The translations under genes were made by a program, and so were the position numbers. The notes below the pieces were generated by a model, which saw only the letters and a list, made by a program, of their open reading frames with translations, was not told where the DNA came from and did not search any database. This document shows positions 1 to 8,303 of a stretch of 59,219 nucleotides of DNA, piece after piece. Each line of letters begins with the position of its first letter. The first letter of the stretch is position 1. The stretch lies in sequence record SRR31156797_7933; one strand, 5' to 3'.

Positions 1-1
1 T

Positions 2-970
2 ACGCTTGCTTATGCAGGCTCTGCCGCGGCTGCCGATATTGAAATGACAATCGGTCACGTCGACTCACAAGATTGGACAACATCTAAGAAAGGTGCTGCT
101 ACTCAGGTGTTCAAAAACATCGTTGAAGCAGAATCTGGCGGTCGAATTAGTGTGAATGTATACCCATCAGGTCAGCTTGGTGGTGAAACAGAATTGTTAC
201 AATCAGCACAGGAAGGCATGCTAACGATGGCAATGGTTTCAGGTGCTTACGCTAAGCTTTGTCCTGAAGCGAGTGTGTTAGAAATTCCATATTTGTTCCC
301 TTCTGCACCAGTGGCGTGGAAAGTTCTTGACGGTGAATTCGGTGAAAAGCTGAGCCAGCACTGTTTGCAGGAAACAGGTTTACGTAACCTAGCTTACGCG
401 GAAACAGGTTTCCGTCACTTCACCAACTCTAAACGTGAAATCAGTACACCTGAAGATCTACAAGGTCTTAAAATTCGTGTCATGACTACTCCGCTTTACG
501 TTGAACTGCTTAAATCTATGAAAGCAGAGCCAACACCTATCGCATTCCCGGAAGTGCCTGCAGCTCTGACAACCGGTGTTATTGATGGCCAGGAAAACCC
601 AGTAAGTGTCATTAGTTCAAACAAGTTTTATGAACTACAGAAGTACATCACTTTGGATGGCCACGTTTACGGCACAGATTTCATGTTAATTAACGATGAC
701 TTCTATAAAAACCTGAAAGCAGAAGATAAAGCCATTATCGACAAAGCTGCGAAAGTAGCAGGTACAGTTGGCCGCGCAATTCAGCAAGTGAACTCAGCTT
801 CAGGCCTAGAAGTACTGGCTAAAAATGGTATGAAAATTACCTCTCTTACTCCAGAGCAACAGAAACAGTTTAGAGACATGACTCAGCCGGCGGTAATTAA
901 ATGGCTAGAAGGTCAAATCGATCCAAGCTGGATTAAAGAAGTTCTAAAAGCGGTTGATGCTGCAAATTAA
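2..970 (+). CDS. dctP: TRAP transporter substrate-binding protein DctP (5'-partial)
   Basis: Frame is open from the window edge (TLAYAGSAAAADIEM..., the end of a signal peptide). DctP motifs include YPSGQLG, GFRHFTN, GLKIRVM and DGQENP. Confidence 0.93.
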   Translation, partial: TLAYAGSAAAADIEMTIGHVDSQDWTTSKKGAATQVFKNIVEAESGGRISVNVYPSGQLGGETELLQSAQEGMLTMAMVSGAYAKLCPEASVLEIPYLFPSAPVAWKVLDGEFGEKLSQHCLQETGLRNLAYAETGFRHFTNSKREISTPEDLQGLKIRVMTTPLYVELLKSMKAEPTPIAFPEVPAALTTGVIDGQENPVSVISSNKFYELQKYITLDGHVYGTDFMLINDDFYKNLKAEDKAIIDKAAKVAGTVGRAIQQVNSASGLEVLAKNGMKITSLTPEQQKQFRDMTQPAVIKWLEGQIDPSWIKEVLKAVDAAN

Positions 971-979
971 TGAGTAACT

Positions 980-1005
980 AGCCGCAAAGTATAGGCTTTG
1001 CGGCT
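980..1005 (+). other. Intercistronic stem-loop after dctP
   Basis: agccgcaaag-tatagg-ctttgcggct is a perfect 10-bp inverted repeat, typical of hairpins that stabilise binding-protein mRNA. Confidence 0.6.
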
Positions 1006-1023
1006 CTCTTTAGGAGAAGAGCT

Positions 1024-1518
1024 ATGGTAGCGCGATATAAAAAGTTACTGGCGTTCCTTTCGGGGACCTCATTACTGCTGCTATTTGTTGTGATGCTCAT
1101 GACTACTATTAGCCGTTATTTTTTCAACACTTCCATCCTTTGGGGTGAAGAGCTGTCTAAATACTCGATGATTTATGGTGTGATGTTCGCAACATCATTA
1201 TGTTATCTCGAAGGTCTGCACATTAAGTTTGCCGTTCTGGATTCACTCAAATCCGCACTGTTCCAAAAAGTACTCGCCATCATCGTTGATTTAGCGGTTC
1301 TGGTAAGTTCGATAATCATGACCTGGTCTGGTTACCTGTTTGTGGTAAAACGCGGAGGCATTATGTCTCCGGGCATCGGTATCAGTATGTACTATTTTCA
1401 AGCCGCACTGGTTATCGGAGGTGTATGTCTTTTTATTGCTTCAGTGATTCGTTTGCTTCAATACATCAAATTACCTTGCCGCTCTAAAGCGTTCAACGTT
1501 AATCATAGTGATGTTTAA
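1024..1518 (+). CDS. dctQ: TRAP transporter small permease DctQ
   Basis: 164 aa with 4 hydrophobic segments, the SRYFFN..WGEELSKY and HI motifs, and a position between dctP and dctM. Confidence 0.92.
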   Translation: MVARYKKLLAFLSGTSLLLLFVVMLMTTISRYFFNTSILWGEELSKYSMIYGVMFATSLCYLEGLHIKFAVLDSLKSALFQKVLAIIVDLAVLVSSIIMTWSGYLFVVKRGGIMSPGIGISMYYFQAALVIGGVCLFIASVIRLLQYIKLPCRSKAFNVNHSDV

Positions 1519-1527
1519 GGATTTACT

Positions 1528-2793
1528 ATGCCGTCTATAGTTTTAATGGGAGCCATGCTGGTTCTGGGTGTACCACTGGTATTTGCGATTATCCTGGCGA
1601 TGTCCTTTTACATTTCCAACACGCCGATCTCAATAAGCTTAGTTGCTCAACGTATCTTCAGTGGCTTGGATTCATTTTCAATACTTGCTGTTCCATTGTT
1701 TGTTTTAGCCGGTGAGTTGATGAACAAGAGCGGGATTACCAGCCGCATCATCGATTTCGCTAATGCACTTGTCGGGCATTTTCGCGGTGGTCTAGCACAA
1801 GTTAACGTTTGGTCATCTGTCATGTTCGCAGGAATTTCAGGTTCCGCAGTCGCTGATACATCAGCTCTTGGTCGAGTCTTTATTCCGCAGATGGAAAAAG
1901 AGGGCTATAGCAAAGAATTTTCATCGGCACTGACTGCCGCCTCTTCAGTTATCGGTCCTATGATTCCGCCCAGTATCCCTGTCATTATTTATGCTTTGAT
2001 CGCGACAGGCGTTTCTGTACCCGCTCTTTTCTTAGCAGGTATTGTTCCGGGTATTCTTTCAGCGATTGCGCTCTCTATTTTTGTTTATTACTACGCCACC
2101 AAACATAACATTCGTAGTACTGTTGAACGTCAAAGCCGACGTAAAGCATTAGTTAAGGCATTTATCCCTTTAACGATGCCCATTTTCATCCTGGGTTCTA
2201 TTTTGCTTGGGATTGTTACACCAACGGAAGCGGCTGCCTTTGCTGCGTTTTATGCTCTTACTGTAGGTATGTTCTTCTACAAGACGCTGAAGATTAGCGA
2301 TTTACCAGAAGTGTTCATGCGCTCGATGCGTGACTCTTCAATCGTTTTGATTCTGATCGCGGTCATCTCTGTAGCAAACTGGCTTTTGACTTTCTCTCGT
2401 GTTCCGCAATACATCAGTCAGCAGGTTCTGAGCTCAATTAGTGACCCAATGGTCTTTTTGATCATGGTAAACGTCATTCTGCTAATTGTCGGGCTGTTCC
2501 TTGAAGGCATTGCAGCCATGCTGATTCTGGTTCCGATTTTCCATCCAATCGCTATGAGCTTTGGTATTGACCCTGTTCATTTTGGCATTGTGGTGATCTT
2601 CAATCTGATGATCGGATTAATTACACCACCAATGGGAATCTGTCTGTTTGTTGCCAACACCATATCCAATGTCGGAATCTCTGCGATTTCGAAACAGGTT
2701 ATCCCTCTATTTTTACTTGAAGTTCTAGTTTTGATGTTCATTACATTTGTGCCTCAAAGCGTTCTGTTTTTGCCCACCATTTTTGGTTACTAG
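1528..2793 (+). CDS. dctM: TRAP transporter large permease DctM
   Basis: Motifs LAVPLFVLAGELM, SGSAVAD, IPPSIP, TPTEAAA and GLITPPMG. Confidence 0.95.
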   Translation: MPSIVLMGAMLVLGVPLVFAIILAMSFYISNTPISISLVAQRIFSGLDSFSILAVPLFVLAGELMNKSGITSRIIDFANALVGHFRGGLAQVNVWSSVMFAGISGSAVADTSALGRVFIPQMEKEGYSKEFSSALTAASSVIGPMIPPSIPVIIYALIATGVSVPALFLAGIVPGILSAIALSIFVYYYATKHNIRSTVERQSRRKALVKAFIPLTMPIFILGSILLGIVTPTEAAAFAAFYALTVGMFFYKTLKISDLPEVFMRSMRDSSIVLILIAVISVANWLLTFSRVPQYISQQVLSSISDPMVFLIMVNVILLIVGLFLEGIAAMLILVPIFHPIAMSFGIDPVHFGIVVIFNLMIGLITPPMGICLFVANTISNVGISAISKQVIPLFLLEVLVLMFITFVPQSVLFLPTIFGY

Positions 2794-2832
2794 TGGGGTA
2801 TCACCACGCTTCTAATCGACAAGGATGAATTT

Positions 2833-4656
2833 ATGAAGTATTCAATTGCGACTGTCTGTTTATCGGGCACTCTAGAGCAAAAAATGCATGCGGCCGCCAA
2901 AGCTGGTTTCCATGCTATAGAGATTTTTGAAAACGATTTGACTCAATACCGAGGTTCGGCAAGCGATGTAAAACGTATTGCTGACAGTCTTGGGTTGGAA
3001 ATTTTAGTGCTGCAACCATTCCGTGATATGGAAGGCCTACCGAGTCTTCTTCGCGATAAAAAGTACCGAATGATGGAGCGAAAAATCGAGTTGGCTCATC
3101 AGCTTGGTACTGATCGTTTGATGATGTGTAGCAGTGTTCATCCTTTGGCTTCCGCGGACAAAAATCGTTGTGCTGAAGACCTGTTTGCGTTAGCTGAATT
3201 AGCTAAACGTGAAGGAATGAAGTTAGGTTATGAAGCGTTGGCATGGGGCAGACATATCGCGGACTATGACGATGCATGGGATCTTGTAAAGCGTGTAGAC
3301 CATCCTAACCTTGGCGTTGTGTTGGATACTTTCCACATGTTTGCCCGCGGCAATACATTAGATACCCTGAAGAAAGACATTCCGGTAGAAAAAATCGCAC
3401 TTGTTCAGGTAGCTGACGCGCCAAAAATGCAGATGGATATTCTGCAATATAGTCGCCACTATCGTTGCTTCCCGGGGCAGGGCGATTTCCCTGTTATCGA
3501 CTTTGTTCAGGTGTTGAAAGACAAAGGCTTTGATGACTACCTGTCACACGAAGTGTTTAATGATGAGTTTCGCTCTTCATCGCCGATTGAAAAAGCCATT
3601 GATGGTATTCGATCGCTCAAGTGGCTCGAAGATCAGACGAATGATAATTTCGAAGCTCCTGAGATCAGTGATGTCAGCTTTGTGGAGTTTGCTGTTAAAG
3701 AGCGGGAAAACAACCCGTTTACGGACGTTATTGAATCTTTGGGTTTTAAGAAGACTCATTGCCACAAGAGTAAAAACGTCGATTTGTATCAGTTGGGCGA
3801 TATTAACTTCATCTTCAACTATGAGAAAAACAGTAACGCCCGAAGCTATCTGGAAGGGCATGGCGAATCGGTTTGCGCGCTTGGTGTTTTAGCAAAGGAT
3901 TCTGGTCGCCTAGTCGAGCTGGCGAAGCGTTACAATAGCCCAACCATTTACCAGAGTCGCAAAGAGAATGAGCTGGATATTCCGACACTAAGAAGTACAG
4001 GCGGTATGCTCATTCACTTGCTGGACGACAATCAGGCCCAGAAATTTTACGAAGTTGACTTTGAACCTGTAGCAGGCGTTTCAGCCTATAATGAAAACCT
4101 AATGGGTATCGATCATATGGGGCAGGTGGTCTCACCTGAAATGCTGTTGTCTAACTTGTTCTTTTATAAGTCTATTTTTGGCTTTGTACCAGAAGAAAGT
4201 TATGACTTGCCAGATATCAATGGTTTGATTACTAGCCGTACGATCACCAGTCCAAACGGAAACATCAAGATAGCGTTGAACACCACGAGTGCGAAGCAAA
4301 CGTCAGCGCAACGATTCCTGAATGATTCAAACGGAGCGAGCATTAATCAAATTGCGATTCGGTGCCATGATATTTTTGTTGCGGTTAAAGATTTGTCGCC
4401 AATATATCAGCTTAAAATTCCCAATAACTACTATCTGGACATTCAGGCTCAGTACGACTTGTCCGATGAATTCATTAACAAGCTGAAAGAGAACAACATC
4501 CTTTATACAGAAGATGATACCGGAAGCTTTATGCACTTCTATACTAAGGAAATTAATGGTCTGTTTTTTGAAGTGCTACAACGTGTCGGTAGCTATAAGA
4601 AATATGGTGAAACTAACGCGTTTATTCGTTTAGCCGCGCAATCCTATCGTGGTTGA
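2833..4656 (+). CDS. 3-dehydroshikimate dehydratase, QuiC/QsuB type (sugar-phosphate isomerase TIM barrel fused to HPPD-like domain)
   Basis: N-terminal SIATVCLSGTL, YEALAWG, DTFH, RCFPGQG, EVFNDEFR; C-terminal HPPD-like IDH...FFEVLQR..YG; adjacent to aroQ and an SDH-family gene. Confidence 0.85.
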   Translation: MKYSIATVCLSGTLEQKMHAAAKAGFHAIEIFENDLTQYRGSASDVKRIADSLGLEILVLQPFRDMEGLPSLLRDKKYRMMERKIELAHQLGTDRLMMCSSVHPLASADKNRCAEDLFALAELAKREGMKLGYEALAWGRHIADYDDAWDLVKRVDHPNLGVVLDTFHMFARGNTLDTLKKDIPVEKIALVQVADAPKMQMDILQYSRHYRCFPGQGDFPVIDFVQVLKDKGFDDYLSHEVFNDEFRSSSPIEKAIDGIRSLKWLEDQTNDNFEAPEISDVSFVEFAVKERENNPFTDVIESLGFKKTHCHKSKNVDLYQLGDINFIFNYEKNSNARSYLEGHGESVCALGVLAKDSGRLVELAKRYNSPTIYQSRKENELDIPTLRSTGGMLIHLLDDNQAQKFYEVDFEPVAGVSAYNENLMGIDHMGQVVSPEMLLSNLFFYKSIFGFVPEESYDLPDINGLITSRTITSPNGNIKIALNTTSAKQTSAQRFLNDSNGASINQIAIRCHDIFVAVKDLSPIYQLKIPNNYYLDIQAQYDLSDEFINKLKENNILYTEDDTGSFMHFYTKEINGLFFEVLQRVGSYKKYGETNAFIRLAAQSYRG

Positions 4657-4680
4657 TATGTTCATATCATAGTGAAACAG

Positions 4681-4707
4681 AAAGAGGTGCTAAAAAGCAC
4701 CTCTTTT
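4681..4707. terminator. Bidirectional intrinsic terminator between convergent quiC-like gene and aroQ
   Basis: aaagaggtgc-taaaaa-gcacctctttt hairpin flanked by A and T runs. Confidence 0.75.
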
Positions 4708-4732
4708 ACTAACTAAACAACAGAGGGTTTAC

Positions 4733-5179
4733 TTAGAGTTGTTCAGTTAAATAGCGAACCCCGAGTAGATAGCCTTTGGTACCCATGCCGATAACTGTCC
4801 CTGCGGCTACAGGTGAAATGTAGGAGTGGTGTCGGAAGCTTTCTCTGGCGTGTACGTTGGTAATGTGTACTTCCACTACCGGAGCTGAAATGGCACTGAT
4901 AGCATCATGCAATGCGATAGATGTATGCGTATAGGCACCAGGGTTAAATACGATACCCAATAGCTCGCCATTGTTATGTTCAGCGCCTGCCTGATGAATT
5001 GCATTGATCAACTCACCTTCAATATTGCTTTGACAAGATTCAAGCTCACAACCGAATTGTGTAGCAAGTTGTCGGCAGTTTTGTTCGACATCTTGGAGTG
5101 TTTCGTTACCATATTTGCCTGGTTCTCGTGAGCCAAGCAGGTTGAGATTAGGGCCATTCAACAATAATATTTTTTTCAT
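4733..5179 (-). CDS. aroQ: Type II 3-dehydroquinate dehydratase
   Basis: Signature LNGPNLNLLGSREP..YG, NPGAYTHTSIAL.DA and EVHITNVHARE.FRH.S. Confidence 0.96.
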   Translation of the reverse strand: MKKILLLNGPNLNLLGSREPGKYGNETLQDVEQNCRQLATQFGCELESCQSNIEGELINAIHQAGAEHNNGELLGIVFNPGAYTHTSIALHDAISAISAPVVEVHITNVHARESFRHHSYISPVAAGTVIGMGTKGYLLGVRYLTEQL

Positions 5180-5189
5180 GGTTCGCCCT

Positions 5190-6029
5190 TTAAGAAGTCA
5201 GCTGTGAGAAGTGAGAGTCTCGGAATTGTTGCAGTTGCTCTTCACTAGGTTTTGTATCGGTAAACAGAGAAAAACCGTCGATTGCCTGATTGAAAAACAG
5301 TTCGAACCCGCTAATCGTTTCGATATTCTTGCTCTTGGCACATAACAGAAATTCGGTATCGATTGGCGTGTAAACCGCGTCAAAAACCCAGCTTTGAGCA
5401 CTAATCCATTCCGCTTTTACCGGAATCCCTGGTGTAGCGTAGTGACCAACAGGCGTGCAGTTCACCAGACCAGTGGCACTTTTGATATTCGATTCTAAAT
5501 TCGACTGATTTGAGGTGCTGACGTTGACATTTTCTTTTGCTATTTGGCTGGCAAGTTGGCTGGACTTGTTTTCATCCATATCAAATAGGATTAACTCTTC
5601 TACGTCTAAATCGACCAGTGCCATTGCGATGGCCTTACCAACTCCGCCACAGCCAATAAGCACAACTTTTCCCGGCTTTTCTCTACGTGTTTTTTCATAG
5701 GCTTTTTTGAAGCCAGAGTAGTCAGTGTTGTATGCGATGATTTTTCCATCGCGCTTAATCAAGGTATTTGCAGCCCCAATTCTTTGTGCAGAAATGTCGA
5801 GTTTGTCTGCCACTTCAATCGCGATTTCTTTAAACGGATAGGTCACATTAGAAGAGGTAATAGTACTTGAAAACAGCTGTTTAGCTTGAGATTTAAATTC
5901 GTCAATATCACCACTATCGATACTGTTGAGTTGATAGGTAAGATCAATATTTAAATGCTTAGCGAGCTCGTTGTGAAAATAGGGAGATTTTGAGCGAGTG
6001 ATATTCTTCCCAAACAGACGACATTGCAT
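5190..6029 (-). CDS. Shikimate/quinate dehydrogenase family protein
   Basis: S.SP..H, NVT.PFK, GAANT, NTDY.GF, the Rossmann GCGGVG, NCTPVG and DAVYTP..T motifs. Confidence 0.9.
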   Translation of the reverse strand: MQCRLFGKNITRSKSPYFHNELAKHLNIDLTYQLNSIDSGDIDEFKSQAKQLFSSTITSSNVTYPFKEIAIEVADKLDISAQRIGAANTLIKRDGKIIAYNTDYSGFKKAYEKTRREKPGKVVLIGCGGVGKAIAMALVDLDVEELILFDMDENKSSQLASQIAKENVNVSTSNQSNLESNIKSATGLVNCTPVGHYATPGIPVKAEWISAQSWVFDAVYTPIDTEFLLCAKSKNIETISGFELFFNQAIDGFSLFTDTKPSEEQLQQFRDSHFSQLTS

Positions 6030-6125
6030 ATTATTAACTCCAAATATAAATGTTAACGCAAGGTTAACTTATGCAAGATGTCGTCGGGTAATCACATTTT
6101 TCGAGTGCCCATTCAATAATGCAAA

Positions 6126-6983
6126 TTAGCTTTCGTCATTAGTCACTGGCACAACGCGTTTATCCGGGTCAGCGAGTTCACTACCGCAATGTTTGCAGAA
6201 TAATGCGTCAGCTTCATGGCCGGATAACGAACAGTTCGGACATTTGACTAAAGCTCTGTGAGCGTTCATTTCCTGATGCAATTCAGCGGTGATGATGCCG
6301 GTAGGCACAGCAAGAATCGAGTAACCCAGTAACATGGTTAATGCTGCGATACCTTTGCCTAATCCTGTTTGAGGTGTTATGTCACCGTATCCGACAGTGG
6401 TGATGGTCACAATGGCCCAGTAGATACTTTGTGGAATGCTGGTGAACCCGTTTTGTGGACCTTCAATTACATAGATCAGAGAGCCTAAAATCATCACCAG
6501 TATCGCGACAGTGCTAAAGAAAATGATGATTTTCCGGCGAGCACCAAGAAGAGAGCGAAGTAGCAAGTTGGAATCATGTAGATAACGAACCAGCTTGAGG
6601 ATGCGGAAAATACGCATCACCCTTAATGCACGTATCACTCCCATGAATGTCGCAGATGGGAACACGAGCACAAGGTAAGTTGGAAGAATAGCTAAAAGAT
6701 CAATGACGCCATAGAAGCTCTTCATATAAGCAAATGGCTTAGGCGAGCAGTAGAGCCTGACGAGATATTCAATGGTAAACAGGGCAGTAAAGGCATACTC
6801 CATCATTCGCAGTTCTGTCCGCCATTCAACACGGACTTCTGGGATGGACTCTAATATTAATACCGCGAGAGATGCGACAATGGCGACGATCAGAAAGAGA
6901 TCGAATGTTTTACCTGCTTTGGTATGAGTACCAAAAATGATGACGTAGAGCTGATGTCTTAAGTTTTCATTAGAGATTAACAT
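6126..6983 (-). CDS. Voltage-gated-type potassium channel (ion transporter) with C-terminal zinc ribbon
   Basis: TTVGYGD selectivity filter, Arg-rich S4 (RALRVMRIFRILK), and CPNC...CKHC. Confidence 0.92.
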   Translation of the reverse strand: MLISNENLRHQLYVIIFGTHTKAGKTFDLFLIVAIVASLAVLILESIPEVRVEWRTELRMMEYAFTALFTIEYLVRLYCSPKPFAYMKSFYGVIDLLAILPTYLVLVFPSATFMGVIRALRVMRIFRILKLVRYLHDSNLLLRSLLGARRKIIIFFSTVAILVMILGSLIYVIEGPQNGFTSIPQSIYWAIVTITTVGYGDITPQTGLGKGIAALTMLLGYSILAVPTGIITAELHQEMNAHRALVKCPNCSLSGHEADALFCKHCGSELADPDKRVVPVTNDES

Positions 6984-7034
6984 GATAGAGCGACCCTATA
7001 TTTTTATCGCTCTATCATAGCTTCATGTTAAGGC

Positions 7035-7670
7035 TTACGCTAACCCTGGAAATAAGCTTCTCAAGCCATTGGTAATGAACTCGATACCTAACGCGCCAAG
7101 AATTAAGCCCATGATACGAGTAATCACGTTGATACCTGTTTGACCAAGTAGCTTTACTATATAAGGAGCAGAGCGGAACAGCAGCCATGAACATAAGCAG
7201 AAAACTGCGATCGTCAACACGATACCTGTGGTGTCCATTAAACCTGGGTAACGTGAGCCGTAAACAATCGTAGAACTAATTGCACCCGGGCCAGCCATTA
7301 GTGGCATGGCTAGCGGTACAACACCAATTTGTTCACGACTGATGTATTCAGACTTTTCCTGTTTGTTCTGCTTATCTTCACCCAACTTACCGCTCATCAT
7401 CGAAAATGCGATGCTCATCAGTAACAACCCGCCGGCCACACGGAATGAATCCAATGAGATACTGAACATATCTAATAGCATTTGGCCGCCAAGCAGAGCG
7501 ACAGTCAAAATAACCGCAACGGCTAGGTTAGCGGTAGCCGCTGTTTTGTTCTTTTCTTCTGGTGTCATGTGCCCAGTTAATGACACAAACACTGGCATGA
7601 TACCCACTGGGTTTACAGCAGCGACAAGCCCCAGAAAAAACTGAAGGAAGATGGCGATCTCAAACGACAT
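7035..7670 (-). CDS. ychE: MarC/YchE family (NAAT) membrane protein
   Basis: NPVG, FRVAGG, VPLAMPLMAGPGAI and TRIMGLIL motifs; divergent from adhE as in enterics. Confidence 0.88.
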   Translation of the reverse strand: MSFEIAIFLQFFLGLVAAVNPVGIMPVFVSLTGHMTPEEKNKTAATANLAVAVILTVALLGGQMLLDMFSISLDSFRVAGGLLLMSIAFSMMSGKLGEDKQNKQEKSEYISREQIGVVPLAMPLMAGPGAISSTIVYGSRYPGLMDTTGIVLTIAVFCLCSWLLFRSAPYIVKLLGQTGINVITRIMGLILGALGIEFITNGLRSLFPGLA

Positions 7671-8136
7671 GTTGGGTTCTCTTAGCTTTAGTCAGGAATG
7701 AAATAATTAGCGCGTAATCTAAGGCAAAGTTAATCAAAGCACGAATGAAAAAATTTGCAATTTTGTGCCGCTTATACGTGAGAAAAACTAATTATGAGCG
7801 ATAATTGAAAACTGATTGTTTGATTTTTGTGCTTGGTTGAGCCTCAATATGAACGGTGTATTAACATTTGCACATTTTTTATAAAAAATGTCACTTGCAC
7901 TGGAGAGCTATAAGGTTGAGGATATACTATGAGTAGCACATAAAAACTTGTCTACATGTAGTTTTGTTGTACAAAAATGAAACTTTTTTACATTTGGTTG
8001 TATGTTTTTTAAATTTTTGGTTCAAATGCGGTAAATTTAACCAGTTTGATTTTTTAGATTTTAACCTTATAAATCAGACGGTTGTGTTATGTTCTAGACG
8101 GGTGTTACCCATTAGGGGTTAATTAGTTTTTTAGAA

Positions 8137-8178
8137 CTGATCTGAGTCAATTTTTTTCACGCACTGAAATATTATACT
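8137..8178 (+). promoter_or_regulatory. Putative FNR-dependent (class II) adhE promoter
   Basis: CTGAT-ctga-GTCAA (8137-8150) resembles TTGAT-N4-ATCAA. A -10 TATACT at 8173-8178 places the site centre at about -41.5. Confidence 0.65.
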
Positions 8179-8303
8179 CAAGCCATGAAAGCAATTTACT
8201 AAGCTTGTAGTTATTAAACCTTTGATGCGGTAGTAAAAAGACATACACAACGTGCTTAATAAAAAGTTTTTTATTTTTATATTTATATTTTAGGAGATCC
8301 ATT

